NCBI GenBank assembly: GCA_035651455.1
Contig: DASRFR010000013.1
Coordinates: forward strand, 29,741-93,740
DNA length: 64,000 nucleotides
From: Terriglobales bacterium
GTDB taxonomy: Bacteria; Acidobacteriota; Terriglobia; Terriglobales; Acidobacteriaceae
Reading direction: 5' to 3'
Below, one piece after another: positions 38,896 through 47,750 of the stretch. Every line of letters starts with the position of its first letter. The first letter of the stretch is position 1. The notes under the pieces were generated by a model, which saw only the letters and a list, made by a program, of their open reading frames with translations, searched no databases and was not told the origin of the DNA. Made by a program: the position numbers and the translations under genes.

Positions 38896-39921
38896 CTAGC
38901 CGAGGAGCCGGGCGGCATCTTTGGCGAAATAGGTGAGAACGATGCTGGCTCCTGCCCGGCGGATCGACAGCAACGATTCCATCATCACCCGGTCGCGATC
39001 GATCCAGTTATTCCGGGCCGCCGCCTCAATCATTGCATACTCACCCGACACCTGGTATGCGGCCAGAGATACGTCGAAGCGCTCTCGCGCGGCAGCAATG
39101 ACGTCCAGATACGGCAGGGCCGGCTTCACCATGATCATGTCGGCGCCTTCTTCCAGGTCGAGTTCAATTTCTCTCATGGCTTCGCGCAAATTGCCGGGAT
39201 CCATCTGGTACGAGCGGCGGTCGCCGAACTGTGGCGTAGAATCGGCGGCCTCGCGAAAGGGTCCGTAGAATCCAGAGGCGAATTTCGCCGCATAGGACAG
39301 GATGGGTGTGTTGATAAAACCCGCCGCGTCCAGACCCTTCCGGATCGCTCCTACGCGGCCGTCCATCATGTCGGAAGGGGCGATAATATCTACCCCCGCG
39401 CGCGCCAGGGAGACCGAAGTCCGCGCCAGCAGTTCCAGGCTTTCATCGTTCACGATTTCGTAGTCCGCGCTCGTCGCCGGAGGAGTGGCCGCCGCCGCTC
39501 CCAGCGACTGTGGGTTGGCCCGGACAATCCCACAATGACCATGCGACATGTACTCACAAAGGCAAACATCGCCCATTACAATCAGGTCGGGCAGCTCGCG
39601 CTTCAGGCCGCGCGCCGCCTGCTGCACGATGCCATCGTCGGCCCATGCTCCTGTCGCAACTTCGTCTTTTTTCTCGGGAAGGCCAAAGAGAATGACCGAG
39701 GGCACGCCCAGCTTGTAAGCGCCGCGAGCTTCCTCTACGGCTTCATCTACTGATAGATTGAACACCCCGGGCATGGAGCGCACTTCTTTGCGAACGCCCT
39801 GCCCTGGACAGACAAACATTGGGTAAACGAAGGACTCGGGAGTGAGCCGGGTCTCGCGCACCAGGCTGCGCAGTGGTTCCGTGCGGCGAAGCCGGCGCAG
39901 GCGCGTGACCGGGAAACTCAT
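38896..39921 (-). CDS. hemB: porphobilinogen synthase (delta-aminolevulinate dehydratase), Zn-type
   Basis: It has the Cys triad [23 protein letters not shown] and the Schiff-base Lys region. There is a low-complexity insert of about 14 aa after HCGIV. Confidence 0.9.
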   Translation of the reverse strand: MSFPVTRLRRLRRTEPLRSLVRETRLTPESFVYPMFVCPGQGVRKEVRSMPGVFNLSVDEAVEEARGAYKLGVPSVILFGLPEKKDEVATGAWADDGIVQQAARGLKRELPDLIVMGDVCLCEYMSHGHCGIVRANPQSLGAAAATPPATSADYEIVNDESLELLARTSVSLARAGVDIIAPSDMMDGRVGAIRKGLDAAGFINTPILSYAAKFASGFYGPFREAADSTPQFGDRRSYQMDPGNLREAMREIELDLEEGADMIMVKPALPYLDVIAAARERFDVSLAAYQVSGEYAMIEAAARNNWIDRDRVMMESLLSIRRAGASIVLTYFAKDAARLLG

Positions 39922-40154
39922 AGCCTGATTCTAGCAGAGGCCCATAACCAGAAAACCGTGCTTTGCCCGTGTCTAAACTATAACTTCCGCATGTGACCCG
40001 GATCACCGAACATAGGTACAAGCTGTGATAACTCCATGCCAAAAGAAAGGGCATCAGGGAGGACGTTACGAGTAACCTTACTGAAGTAATGCCGCTTTGG
40101 ACCGTGTGAAACATAACAGCTCGCTCGACCAGTAGAATTTGCCCAAGGACCAGT

Positions 40155-41900
40155 ATGTTTGCAGGCCTGAAACCGTGGAAGGCAGGCGCGGGGGCGATTC
40201 TGCTCGCCTACCTTGTGGTCGGCACGCTGGTTCCTCCTGGCTTCGTGCGCGGCGTTTTCGGCAACATCGTTCCGTTGTGCCTGATTGTTTTAGGCGCGGC
40301 GACGATGTTCGCGACCGCACAGAGAAATCGCGGACTTGCACGCATTTTCTGGCTGCTGATGGGCTCCAGTTTTGTCCTGTGGTTTCTCAACACCGTGGGC
40401 TGGACCTGGATAGAAGTGGTCGCGCGCAAGCCCCTACCGGAACCGTTTTTCGGCGACACCGTCCTCTTCATCCACATAGTCCCCATGATGGCCGCCATCG
40501 GTCTTCGTGCCCATCATCCCGAGGGCGAGAGAAAACGGTATTTCAGCACTCTCAATTTCCTCATGTTATTGCTGTGGTGGGTATTCCTGTACATGTTCAT
40601 TGTGTTCCCCGACCAGTACATCTCCCTGAATGTCGACGCGTACGGAAGAAAATTTGACGTCCTCTATCTCATTCAGAACCTGATGCTCTTAACGGGTCTC
40701 GCCTATGCCTACCTGAGTACCTCCGGGCACTGGCGCACTATTTACGGACACCTGCTCGGAGCCAGTTCTCTCTACACCTTCTCGTCTTATTTCCTTGATA
40801 TAGCCATTGCCAGGCGCGAGTACCACACAGGCGGTGTGTTTGATCTCCCGTACGCGTTGTCGATTTGCTGGTTTATCTGGGCGGGACGCCTGGGCGGAAG
40901 CTTGCCATTGGAGCCCGAGATTTCGCAATCGGCCGGTAGCCGTTGGTTGGGCATTGCGCCGCGGCTGGCAATGGCCGCCATTTTGTCGCTGCCGCTCATG
41001 GCATTCTGGGCGCTTCTCCTCGATCACTCGCCGCCCATTTTCCGCCAGTTCCGCATCCTTATTGCCCTGTTGGCGATGCTCGTCCTCGGATTTTGCGTTT
41101 TCCTGAAACAGTATCGTCTGGATCGCGATTTGATGAGACTGCTGCAGGAGTCCCGGCACAGTTACCAGAATTTGCAGCGCTTGCAGACCCAATTGGTGCA
41201 GAAGGAAAAGCTCGCCTCATTAGGACAGTTGGTGGCCGGCGCCGCCCATGAGATCAACAATCCACTAGCGGCAATCCTCGGCTATTCGGACCTGTTATCG
41301 GGGAACTCGGGATTAAAGCCCGAGCAGGTTTCCATGGCGCAGAAGATTGCCCAGCAGGCGCGGCGCACTCGCGATTTGGTTGCCGACCTCCTGAGCTTCG
41401 CTCAGCAGACCTCCGGTGAAAAGAATTCCCTCGAGATGATGGCTTTGCTCCAGCGTGCTCTCAAGATGCATACCGTCGCGGCGGAGCGTCGCAAGATCAG
41501 CATGGACTTGATTGCCGATGGTGGCCTTCCCCCGGTCTGGGGTAATGGCAACCAACTCCTGCAGGCCTCCTTGCAGATCATCGAGAACGCAATTGATGCC
41601 TTGGAAGAAGTCGGCGGCGGTCAACTTATCGTTACATTGAAGCGAGAAGACGACGAGATTGTGATCCAGTTCTCCGACAATGGTCCCGGCATTCGCGATC
41701 CACAGCGGGTCTTCGACCCCTTCTACACCACGAAGCCCATCGGCAAAGGCACCGGCCTTGGACTGAGCGCCACCTACGGTGTGATTCAAGACCACAATGG
41801 GCAGATCACCTGTCAGAACAAACCTGACCGCGGTGCAGTCTTCACCATCCGGCTTCCCATCTCCGCGCAGCCCGCCGAAACCATGTCGGCAAACGCCTGA
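40155..41900 (+). CDS. sensor histidine kinase with a polytopic N-terminal membrane domain
   Basis: The first 300 aa hold about 8 hydrophobic segments. The H-box is HEINNPLAAILGYSDLL, and the N, G1 and G2 boxes are DNGPGI and GKGTGLGLS. There is no adjacent response regulator. Confidence 0.8.
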   Translation: MFAGLKPWKAGAGAILLAYLVVGTLVPPGFVRGVFGNIVPLCLIVLGAATMFATAQRNRGLARIFWLLMGSSFVLWFLNTVGWTWIEVVARKPLPEPFFGDTVLFIHIVPMMAAIGLRAHHPEGERKRYFSTLNFLMLLLWWVFLYMFIVFPDQYISLNVDAYGRKFDVLYLIQNLMLLTGLAYAYLSTSGHWRTIYGHLLGASSLYTFSSYFLDIAIARREYHTGGVFDLPYALSICWFIWAGRLGGSLPLEPEISQSAGSRWLGIAPRLAMAAILSLPLMAFWALLLDHSPPIFRQFRILIALLAMLVLGFCVFLKQYRLDRDLMRLLQESRHSYQNLQRLQTQLVQKEKLASLGQLVAGAAHEINNPLAAILGYSDLLSGNSGLKPEQVSMAQKIAQQARRTRDLVADLLSFAQQTSGEKNSLEMMALLQRALKMHTVAAERRKISMDLIADGGLPPVWGNGNQLLQASLQIIENAIDALEEVGGGQLIVTLKREDDEIVIQFSDNGPGIRDPQRVFDPFYTTKPIGKGTGLGLSATYGVIQDHNGQITCQNKPDRGAVFTIRLPISAQPAETMSANA

Positions 41901-41978
41901 TCCTCAGTCGCATACACTTTTTCATGGTCCGTGGCCGTCGGAATGGGCGTCTCACCCGCCGGTGTAACATGGGACGGC

Positions 41979-44462
41979 ATGGCACCGATCATCCACACCA
42001 GCGCGCGCCTACTTGAATTTGAAGGCCTTCGAGACTTGCTGCGGGGGTATGCCTCCTCGCCGCTCGGGCAGGCTCGCATCGCGTCGCTCAGTGCCTCCGG
42101 AGATCGCGCGTGGATCGAAGACCAGCAGCAACTTACTGCCGAAATTCGTGAGTTCCGCCGTGTCCAGGGCCGCTTCGAATTTTCCGGCTTGGTTCCCCTC
42201 TCCACGTTGCTGGAGAAATCGCGCATAACGGGCGCGGCGCTGGAGACCACGGAAATTCGCGATATCGTGCTGGTCGTCGACCGCGCCGCCGAGTGGCGGG
42301 AAATTGCCCAGGCTCCGCCCGCTGCCATGCGGAGCGAGTGGAACGCAGTCGCCGCACTGTCCGCCGGCATCATCGATTTCACCGAGTTCTTACGCGGCTT
42401 TCGCAACAAGATTTTGCCCGACGGCACTCTTGACGACCGCGCCTCGCCGGAACTAGCGCACATTCGCCGCGAAATCGACAAACAGCGGCGCGTGATCCAG
42501 GAATCGCTGCGATCGTACCTCCGGCGGCTCTCTGAAGGGGGCGCGGTACAGGATGAGCTAATCACCATTCGCGGCGAACGTTTTGTCATTCCCGTCAAGA
42601 TTGAGCAGAAGCGCCGAGTCCAAGGCGTCGTCCACGGTGCCAGCTCCAGCGGCCAAACTGTATTTGTCGAGCCCCTCGAGACCATCGACCAGAACAACGA
42701 ATTGGTGCGCCTGCTCGAAGAAGAGCAGGCCGAGATACATCGCATCCTCCTTGCCCTTACTCGCAGGATTGGCGAGCAGGCGGAGGCCATCAGGACTGCG
42801 GCCGATGTACTTGCAGAACTCGAATTGCAATTCGCAAAGGCTCGTTTTGCTGAGGACTACGGCTGCGTTCAGGTGGTCCTGACCGCTGATACCACCCCCA
42901 CAGCCGCGCGATCCTCATCGGCCGAGACTCGTCCTGGCTCCGCCTCCGCTCGTCTGCTTCTGCACAGGGCTCGTCACCCGCTGCTCGAACGCAATTTGAA
43001 ACTGAAGAACGGCCGCCTAGTGCCAATCAGCATTGAGCTGGAAAGTGACCGCCGTCAGCTCATCATTACCGGACCGAACACCGGAGGCAAAACCGTCGCC
43101 CTGAAGACCGTCGGCTTGCTCGCGCTGATGGCGCAGGCGGGAATCCCAGTCCCGGCGGATCGTGCTGAGCTTCCCATTTTCGACGCTGTGCTCGCCGACA
43201 TCGGCGATTACCAGTCCATTGAGCAGAACCTGTCGACTTTCTCCGCGCACGTCACCAATATTGACTTCATCTCTCGGACCGCTACACCTCAGTCGCTGGT
43301 GTTGCTCGACGAACTGGGCTCAGCCACCGATCCGGAGGAAGGCGCGGCTCTGGCCGTTGCCATTTCCGAGCACTTCCGCCGCATCGGATGTGTCAGCATC
43401 ATCTCCACCCACCACACTTCGCTCAAGGTTTACGGCACCGCCACCCAGGGAGTCCTCAACGCGGCTGTGGGTTTCGATGAAGCCACGCTGCAACCTACCT
43501 ATGAACTGAAGATCGGCGTGCCCGGGGCGTCAGCGGGCATCAATATTGCGCAGCGCCTCGGCCTGAATACGGCAATCATCCAATCCGCGCGATCCCGGCT
43601 GAACACGCAGACCCAGGACGTCGCTCGTTTTCTCGACCGCCTTCATGCCGAGCTGCGCGAAGCGGAGTCCGAGCGCCTGAAACTACGTGCCCGCGAAGAT
43701 GAATTGGAACGCGAGCGTTCCCGCCTCGCTGCCGAGGGCCGCAAAGAGCAGCAGGCGAAAGTTCGCGAAATGGAAAACAAGCTCGATAGTGTGCTGCGTG
43801 ACTTCGAATACCAGGCGCGCGAGACGGTAAACGCCATTCAGGACCGTGCCGCCGCCCAGAAGCTCTCGAAAGATGCGGAGCGCCGCATTGCCAGGTTGCG
43901 GCGCGAATTTCGCGAGCAGTTCGACGCCACCGTGGTTGCGCATTCTACCGGTGCCGATCGCGGCGACGCAGCCGCGCAGCCCCATGTTGTTAAGCATGTC
44001 TCCGAAGGTGACACCGTCAAGCTGAAATCAGTCGGACGCCCGGGTAAGGTCACCCGCAAGCTCGACGATGATCACTTTGAAGTCGAGATCGGCGCGATGA
44101 AGATGAAAATTGCTCGCGACGACATTGCTGAGGTGATTGCCCGCGCCTCCGAGTCGCCGGTGAAAGCTGCGCGAGCTCGCGGAATATCGGTTTCTCTCGG
44201 CACTGAAGACCCCAACACGCCTTCCGAGATCAATGTGATTGGCCGCACGGTCGAGGAGGCTACGAGCGAAGTCGAAAAATTTGTCGACCGCGCGTTCCTT
44301 GCAGGACTTCCACGCGTGCGCGTGGTTCACGGAAGCGGTATGGGCATTCTTCGCAAAGCCCTCCGCCGGTACCTTCAAAAGCACCCTCACGTGGCAACCA
44401 TCGCCGAGCCTCCGCAGAATGAGGGCGGTGCCGGAGCCACCGTCGTGGAACTCAGAGTCTAG
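41979..44462 (+). CDS. mutS2: endonuclease MutS2 (MutS domains plus C-terminal Smr)
   Basis: It has Walker A ITGPNTGGKT and DELGSATDP. The C-terminal Smr domain reads INVIGRTVEEA...VRVVHGSGMGILR. The start is uncertain (41931 GTG, 41943 or 41979 ATG). Confidence 0.85.
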   Translation: MAPIIHTSARLLEFEGLRDLLRGYASSPLGQARIASLSASGDRAWIEDQQQLTAEIREFRRVQGRFEFSGLVPLSTLLEKSRITGAALETTEIRDIVLVVDRAAEWREIAQAPPAAMRSEWNAVAALSAGIIDFTEFLRGFRNKILPDGTLDDRASPELAHIRREIDKQRRVIQESLRSYLRRLSEGGAVQDELITIRGERFVIPVKIEQKRRVQGVVHGASSSGQTVFVEPLETIDQNNELVRLLEEEQAEIHRILLALTRRIGEQAEAIRTAADVLAELELQFAKARFAEDYGCVQVVLTADTTPTAARSSSAETRPGSASARLLLHRARHPLLERNLKLKNGRLVPISIELESDRRQLIITGPNTGGKTVALKTVGLLALMAQAGIPVPADRAELPIFDAVLADIGDYQSIEQNLSTFSAHVTNIDFISRTATPQSLVLLDELGSATDPEEGAALAVAISEHFRRIGCVSIISTHHTSLKVYGTATQGVLNAAVGFDEATLQPTYELKIGVPGASAGINIAQRLGLNTAIIQSARSRLNTQTQDVARFLDRLHAELREAESERLKLRAREDELERERSRLAAEGRKEQQAKVREMENKLDSVLRDFEYQARETVNAIQDRAAAQKLSKDAERRIARLRREFREQFDATVVAHSTGADRGDAAAQPHVVKHVSEGDTVKLKSVGRPGKVTRKLDDDHFEVEIGAMKMKIARDDIAEVIARASESPVKAARARGISVSLGTEDPNTPSEINVIGRTVEEATSEVEKFVDRAFLAGLPRVRVVHGSGMGILRKALRRYLQKHPHVATIAEPPQNEGGAGATVVELRV

Positions 44463-44608
44463 CTCCCATAGAAAGAAAATGACGGCGTGCTTCTTCAACG
44501 GGTGGCGCCGAAGCGAGTTAACACCAAGTGCCTCTGCCGGCGTCCCACCCAAGCGGATTTTGCCTGGGTGGGATTTCTCTTTGCGCGCCAGTACCACGGG
44601 CAAACCCA

Positions 44609-45460
44609 TCACTTGCTTTGCGGGCCGCCCCCCGTGGCCGTTGAGTCTGCTACTTGCGGCGCGACCGTCTCCGCCGTTGGCAGAATCTTTACGCTTCCCA
44701 TGATGGCCTCCAGCCGATCCATCACCCGCTGCTGATCGACTTCCCGTGCCATGCCGTCCTCATTTGAGGTTTTCAGGGCCAGTTCGAACTCGTAACAGGT
44801 GCTGTTGGTGAACGTCACATAACGTCGCACCAGCGCCGAATGCCCGCCTCCACCGCTGCGGACCTGGCTGCCACGGAATTCGGTCCCGTCTATATTCAAG
44901 CTGCTGACGCCATCGCTCGGCACGCCACTCGCCTGCGGAACAGCGAGGCACTGCTTCTCGTTCAGACGCGGGTTGAGGCTCAGGGCGAAGTATCCGGAAT
45001 CGAAGTCTGTCTCCGGATAATAGCCCTTGGGAATTTCCACCCGCGCCAGCGCGATCTGGCTCTCGCTGCCATCCGCCTGCGGCTTGCGCTCGCTGTCACT
45101 CCCGATTGTGCGGGCATTCAGAAACGCGTATTGCCGCGGATAACGGAACGAAACTCCAAAGTCCCGGCTGGAGAACAGGATGTTCTTTGGCGTTTTTTTC
45201 TCTTTCACCGCTGAAGGTTCGGTCGACCGAACCGGCGCGCTATCGACCGGCACCGCGGCCCCCGTCAGTGCGACAGGTTTCAACTCGGCAGAACTCGGTT
45301 CAGCCGCGTTCTGCTGGGGCTGCTGGTTGCGCGAAATCACTTTCTGCGACTGGTGCGAGCAGGCAGTGCTTACCAGCAGCGCTGCGGCCATGCCGGGCAC
45401 GATCAGTGCGCAGCGGGTGAAGTTCAAAGGAAAATGTTGCGAGTAAATTGGTGTTTTCAT
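44609..45460 (-). CDS. hypothetical lipoprotein
   Basis: It has a signal peptide with a lipobox-like LLVSTAC. I recognised no domain. Confidence 0.5.
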   Translation of the reverse strand: MKTPIYSQHFPLNFTRCALIVPGMAAALLVSTACSHQSQKVISRNQQPQQNAAEPSSAELKPVALTGAAVPVDSAPVRSTEPSAVKEKKTPKNILFSSRDFGVSFRYPRQYAFLNARTIGSDSERKPQADGSESQIALARVEIPKGYYPETDFDSGYFALSLNPRLNEKQCLAVPQASGVPSDGVSSLNIDGTEFRGSQVRSGGGGHSALVRRYVTFTNSTCYEFELALKTSNEDGMAREVDQQRVMDRLEAIMGSVKILPTAETVAPQVADSTATGGGPQSK

Positions 45461-45704
45461 GGTGGCCTCCTGTGGTCCCGCTACACGAGGGGCAACACGC
45501 CTGCCGCGACATTAGCCGCTGATAAAACGCCACTTAGCCTGACGGAACGAGCTCAGGGGCCGTGTCTCGATCAACACGCTGTGGCTCACCGGAGACGCCG
45601 GCGGTCGGTCCCATTTCTCCGTATTTCCCTTGACTGCGCTTTGTTCCTTAAGTGAAAATCCAGCGGTTTGTCGCGCCGCTTTTTTCGCGGCATGGAGGAC
45701 GCTC

Positions 45705-46904
45705 ATGCCTTCCGCCCAGGTTTCCAGCTCTCGCCGCTCATTCCTGCAGCTCTCGGCTGCGGCGGCAACCCTCGCCGGGTTTCGTCTGGTGACCGAGCCC
45801 ATGCTGGCGCATGCCGCGCAGCGCCAACATGCCGCGGTCGATCGCGCCAATTCCGTCTTCATCGACTCCAATGAGAACCCGCTTGGCCCTTGTGCTGCGG
45901 CGCGCGATGCCATCGCCGCCATTACTCCCGAGGGCGGGCGGTACCGCGATGATTTGAGCGATGCCTTAGTCAAGCTTTTCGCCGAGCAAGAACGCCTTAA
46001 CAGCGATTACGTCCGCCTCTTTGCCGGATCTTCCGAGCCGTTGCACTACAGCGTGCTGGCTTATACCTCGCCCAAGCGCAGCTACGTCACCGCCGATCCT
46101 GGATTCGAAGCCGGCTTGTTCATGTCGAAAATTTCTGGCGCGCGCGTCGTCGCCGTGCCGCTGACAAAAACTTATGCCCACGACGTCCGAGCCATGCTGG
46201 CGGCTGCGCCTGACGCCGGTGTGATCTACATCTGCAACCCAAACAATCCCACCGGCACCCTCACTCCGCACTCAGAGATCGAGTATGCGGTTGAGAACAA
46301 GCCCAAAGATGCCATCGTGCTCGTGGACGAAGCCTATATCCATTTCTCCGATGCGCCTTCTGCCATCGACCTGGTCAAAGCCGATAAGAACATCATTGTT
46401 CTGCGCACCTTCTCGAAGGCGTACGGCATGGCCGGGATTCGCTGCGGCTTTGCCATCGCGCGTCCTGACCTGCTCGAAAAGCTTGACAACTTCGGCGGCA
46501 ACTTCATGCCCATCACCGCCGTCTCCGCCGCGATCGCCAGCCTCAAAGATGCGCAACTCATCCCTGAGCGCAAGCGCGTCAACAGCGCTGTGCGGGCCGA
46601 AACCTTCCAATGGCTCGACCGGAACGGTTACACCTACATCCCCTCGCAGTCGAACTGCTTTCTCGTCGACACCAAGCGGCCGGGAAAAAGCGTGATTGCC
46701 GCCATGGCTGAGCAGAAAGTGATCATCGGCAGGGTTTGGCCGATCATGCCCACGTGGACGCGCATCACCGTCGGCACGCGTGATGAGATGGCGCGCTTCC
46801 AGTCGGCTTTCAAGAGAGTGATGGACGGCACCGTCGCGACTCGTCCCGTGCCTGCTCCCCACAAGCCGTTTTGGCGCAAGAACGGCAGGCCCGTTCCCGC
46901 ATAA
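45705..46904 (+). CDS. HisC-like class I/II PLP aminotransferase with a twin-arginine (Tat) signal peptide
   Basis: The ATG at 45705 is preceded by GGAGGA. The N-terminus is MPSAQVSSSRRSFLQLSAAAATLAGFRLV...AHA. The PLP-lysine motif is RTFSKAYGMAGIRCGF. Confidence 0.75.
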   Translation: MPSAQVSSSRRSFLQLSAAAATLAGFRLVTEPMLAHAAQRQHAAVDRANSVFIDSNENPLGPCAAARDAIAAITPEGGRYRDDLSDALVKLFAEQERLNSDYVRLFAGSSEPLHYSVLAYTSPKRSYVTADPGFEAGLFMSKISGARVVAVPLTKTYAHDVRAMLAAAPDAGVIYICNPNNPTGTLTPHSEIEYAVENKPKDAIVLVDEAYIHFSDAPSAIDLVKADKNIIVLRTFSKAYGMAGIRCGFAIARPDLLEKLDNFGGNFMPITAVSAAIASLKDAQLIPERKRVNSAVRAETFQWLDRNGYTYIPSQSNCFLVDTKRPGKSVIAAMAEQKVIIGRVWPIMPTWTRITVGTRDEMARFQSAFKRVMDGTVATRPVPAPHKPFWRKNGRPVPA

Positions 46905-47013
46905 TCTCATCCTCGACAATGGCAATGAGAGGGGAAGATGTTTACGGCAGGATTCTTTTCTGATGAGGAGCATCGGTCGGGAGCCATCTCCTGCACTCTC
47001 GACCGATCTCGGT

Positions 47014-47586
47014 CTATTTCTTTGGCCGGGACTCCGGCGGTACCAGACCCGCGACGCGGTAGTAGCTCACCAGCTGGCCATAGTGTTCGCCCGAGTGCTC
47101 GATGAAGCCGTAAGCAAAATCGCTCACCTTCACCTGGCGATGGCTGAACGGATCCATAACAAGGTCGTTTATCCCATTCTCGCCCTTTGCCTGCAATGCG
47201 GCCGCGCCATCCGCGAAAGCCTTCTTTACATAGGCTGCGACATCGGCCTTTGTCTTGAACTCTTCGCGCTTGGGATTCTCTTCCGCGGGCGGCGTCTTGC
47301 CCATCACTGGGTTCGTGAAAAAATAGTTGACGCCGGAAGCATGCAGTAACTGCTCTGCAAAACTCCGTTGCGTTGGATTTGGCTTGAAATCGTACTTGTC
47401 TTCGGGAAAATCCTCCGCCATGGCGGTGAGTTTTCGGCCGACATCGTTCCACTGGTCGAGGACTGCCTGGTAAGTGGTGAGAGGGGGCTTCGCGGCCGCT
47501 TTGTCGGCGGCCTGTTGCGCGCGAGCCGGTGCGGGCCACAGTCCGGCGGCGAGAATGAGTGCCGCTAGAAATGCATTACTCTTCAT
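47014..47586 (-). CDS. DinB-fold protein with a signal peptide
   Basis: The ATG at 47586 is preceded by GGAGGA at 7-nt spacing. The signal peptide is MKSNAFLAALILAAGLWPAPARA. It also has ...FAEQLLH... and ...IEHSGEHYGQL. Confidence 0.65.
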   Translation of the reverse strand: MKSNAFLAALILAAGLWPAPARAQQAADKAAAKPPLTTYQAVLDQWNDVGRKLTAMAEDFPEDKYDFKPNPTQRSFAEQLLHASGVNYFFTNPVMGKTPPAEENPKREEFKTKADVAAYVKKAFADGAAALQAKGENGINDLVMDPFSHRQVKVSDFAYGFIEHSGEHYGQLVSYYRVAGLVPPESRPKK

Positions 47587-47750
47587 CAATGTGTCCTCCA
47601 TCGGAATATTTCCGGGGCGGCCACATCTTACACCTATATCCCGATTACCTGCTGCAACCTGCCAGCTGGCAGGTGTTCCTCACAATCAACATTTGTCAGT
47701 GCGACCTTCCCCCTCCCTGATATCGGAACGCGGTCAATCTGTGCGCCCTC

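Noticed and set aside
41813-42790. 325-aa minus-strand ORF across the histidine kinase end and mutS2 start
   Set aside because: It is Ser/Arg-rich and low-complexity, and it lies antisense to MutS2, which has clear motifs. It is a shadow ORF.
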